From NCBI RefSeq assembly GCF_006345805.1, contig NC_042997.1, positions 99,448,001 to 99,512,000 of the forward strand: a stretch of DNA of 64,000 nucleotides. Reading direction: 5' to 3'. Below are positions 63,958 through 64,000 of the stretch, in pieces (the first letter of the stretch is position 1; every line of letters begins with the position of its first letter). Below the pieces are notes generated by a model, which saw only the letters and a list, made by a program, of their open reading frames with translations, made no database searches and had not been told where the DNA came from. This DNA comes from Octopus sinensis. Its lineage: Eukaryota. The translations under genes and the position numbers were made by a program.

Positions 63958-64000
63958 CACTTTTTCTATTCCTGAGCGTTATACTAATACATCTGTTTGT

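Overview
AT-rich, repeat-saturated eukaryotic non-coding DNA with no recognisable intact host gene, rRNA, tRNA gene or CRISPR array. The SINE repertoire and dense (TA)n, (ATT)n, (GATA)n and (ATGT)n microsatellites suggest an octopus/coleoid cephalopod genome (inference from recalled families, not searched). Contents: about 40 tRNA-derived SINE copies of at least 4 families, often in head-to-tail clusters; at least 7 relics of R4/Dong-type (restriction-like endonuclease) LINEs embedded in (TAA)n; Tx1/L1 and RTE LINE fragments; degenerate mariner, maT/DD37D-like and other Tc1/mariner, pogo, hAT and Helentron-like elements; and a long-TIR element carrying telomere-like (AACCCT)n. Almost all ORF-track entries are microsatellite translation artefacts; the real coding signal is transposon-derived. 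The most interesting layer is RNA structure: several Penelope-type minimal hammerhead ribozyme motifs (including two mirror-image copies in a near-perfect 150-bp palindrome) and an HDV-like fold at an RTE 5' end. All coordinates were read by eye and element boundaries may be off by a few to tens of bases.
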